The notes below the pieces were generated by a model. It was not told where the DNA came from and made no database searches. It was given only the letters and a program-made list of their open reading frames with translations. A DNA stretch of 20,297 nt, taken from positions 1-20,297 of the forward strand of contig NW_021823988.1 in assembly GCF_006345805.1 (NCBI RefSeq). Direction: 5' to 3'. The number at the start of each line of letters is the position of its first letter. Within the stretch, counting starts at the first letter, position 1. Source of the stretch: Octopus sinensis (Eukaryota). This document shows, one piece after another, positions 19,256 through 20,297 of the stretch. The translations under genes were made by a program, and so were the position numbers.

Positions 19256-19473
19256 CCCTTTTGATACCAACCTGGCTGAAACTGCCTCTGGCTCTGAGTA
19301 CTGTCTTGTCTTCATAAGTTTTAAATTAAAATCTTCCACCAAACCTTAGTCACTATTTATGTTCCTAACACTAGCTGAATGATAACTAAGTTCTTTTACT
19401 AAATTCTTTGTTATATTTAAAGTAATTGAAAGATTCACTGAGCATCTCAATAGAAAAAAAGGTAACAAAAGGG
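19256..19473. mobile_element. piggyBac-like MITE, second family, copy 1
   Basis: ttaa-cccttttgatacc ... ggtaacaaaaggg-ttaa. Confidence 0.8.
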
Positions 19474-19497
19474 TTAAAGTCACCATGATATTTTTAA

Positions 19498-19717
19498 TCC
19501 TTTTGATACTAACCCAGCTGAAACCAGCTCTGGCTTTGAATACAAATGTCTTGTTTTCATAAGTTTTGAATTAAAATCTTCCACCAAACCTTAGTCACAA
19601 TTTATGTCCCTAATAGTATCTCAATGATAACTAAGTTATTTTACTAAATTCTTTGTTATATTTAAAGTAAATGAAAGAAACACAGAACATCTCAAAATAA
19701 ATGCAGTAACGAAAGGG
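19498..19717. mobile_element. piggyBac-like MITE, second family, copy 2
   Basis: ttaa-tccttttgatact ... agtaacgaaaggg-ttaa; colinear with copy 1. Confidence 0.8.
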
Positions 19718-19964
19718 TTAAGTATCTAGGACCACATTGTCCAATAAGCTGATCCTGTTACAACAGTATGGTGTGATCTGGAGGAGATCAAGTTTTTATT
19801 TCTGCTATGTCATGAGATTACATAAGCCAATGGTTGTAAAGCAGTGAATCATAACAAGTACCTAGGTGTGCCATGGTATTATAAGACTCTACAAAACAAA
19901 AGCTTCACTTGCCTTTGAAAACTTGTTACTTTGTTGCTTTGTAATTTTGTTATCTATTTATTTT

Positions 19965-20297
19965 TTGCCTTTTACATGCTTCAGTCATTAGATTGTGGCC
20001 ATGCTGGAACACCACCTTGAAGGTTTTTCCGCCAGATAAATCAACCCCAGGACCTTTTTTCAAGCCTATTACTTATTCTTATCAGTCTCTTGTGCCAAAC
20101 TGCTAAGTTATGGGAATGTAAATATAGTGGTTGTCAAGCAGTGGTAGAGGTGGGGGGGACAGACACAAAAACAAACACATATATATCCATTATCTATATA
20201 TATATATATATATACGCACATACAACACACACACACATACAACAGACTTCTTTCAGTTCCGTCAACCAAATCCACTCACAAGGCTTTGGTCAGCTTG
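19965..20297 (-). mobile_element. Family-B SINE, cut by window end
   Basis: ttcagtcattagattgtggccatgctggaacacc...caaatccactcacaaggctttggtc. Confidence 0.85.

Overview
AT-rich eukaryotic non-coding DNA (intron or intergenic), filled almost entirely by retroposons, MITEs and microsatellites. From recognition of the SINE families I infer a cephalopod, probably Octopus; this was not database-checked. No host gene is identifiable, and the only candidate is a 42-nt micro-exon at 11086-11127. The only recognisable coding remnants are transposon fragments: an RTE-clade LINE C-terminus (5366-5738, minus), the older CR1-group LINE it interrupts, and Tx1/L1-like 3' ends. Four structures stand out. (1) The RTE insertion has a 12-bp TSD and a fold-back hairpin at both junctions, one a 121-bp-arm palindrome made from an inverted copy of the flank. 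(2) A ~1.2-kb foldback/Mutator-like composite has arms containing inverted tandem arrays of a SINE tip. (3) A 5 x ~281-bp higher-order satellite is built from four ~70-bp monomers and carries TTAGGG and G4 motifs. (4) A SINE-derived tandem array has a 3' tail homologous to the Tx1-like LINE 3'UTR. Family names come from motif recognition, coordinates were counted by hand, and novelty cannot be established without a search.
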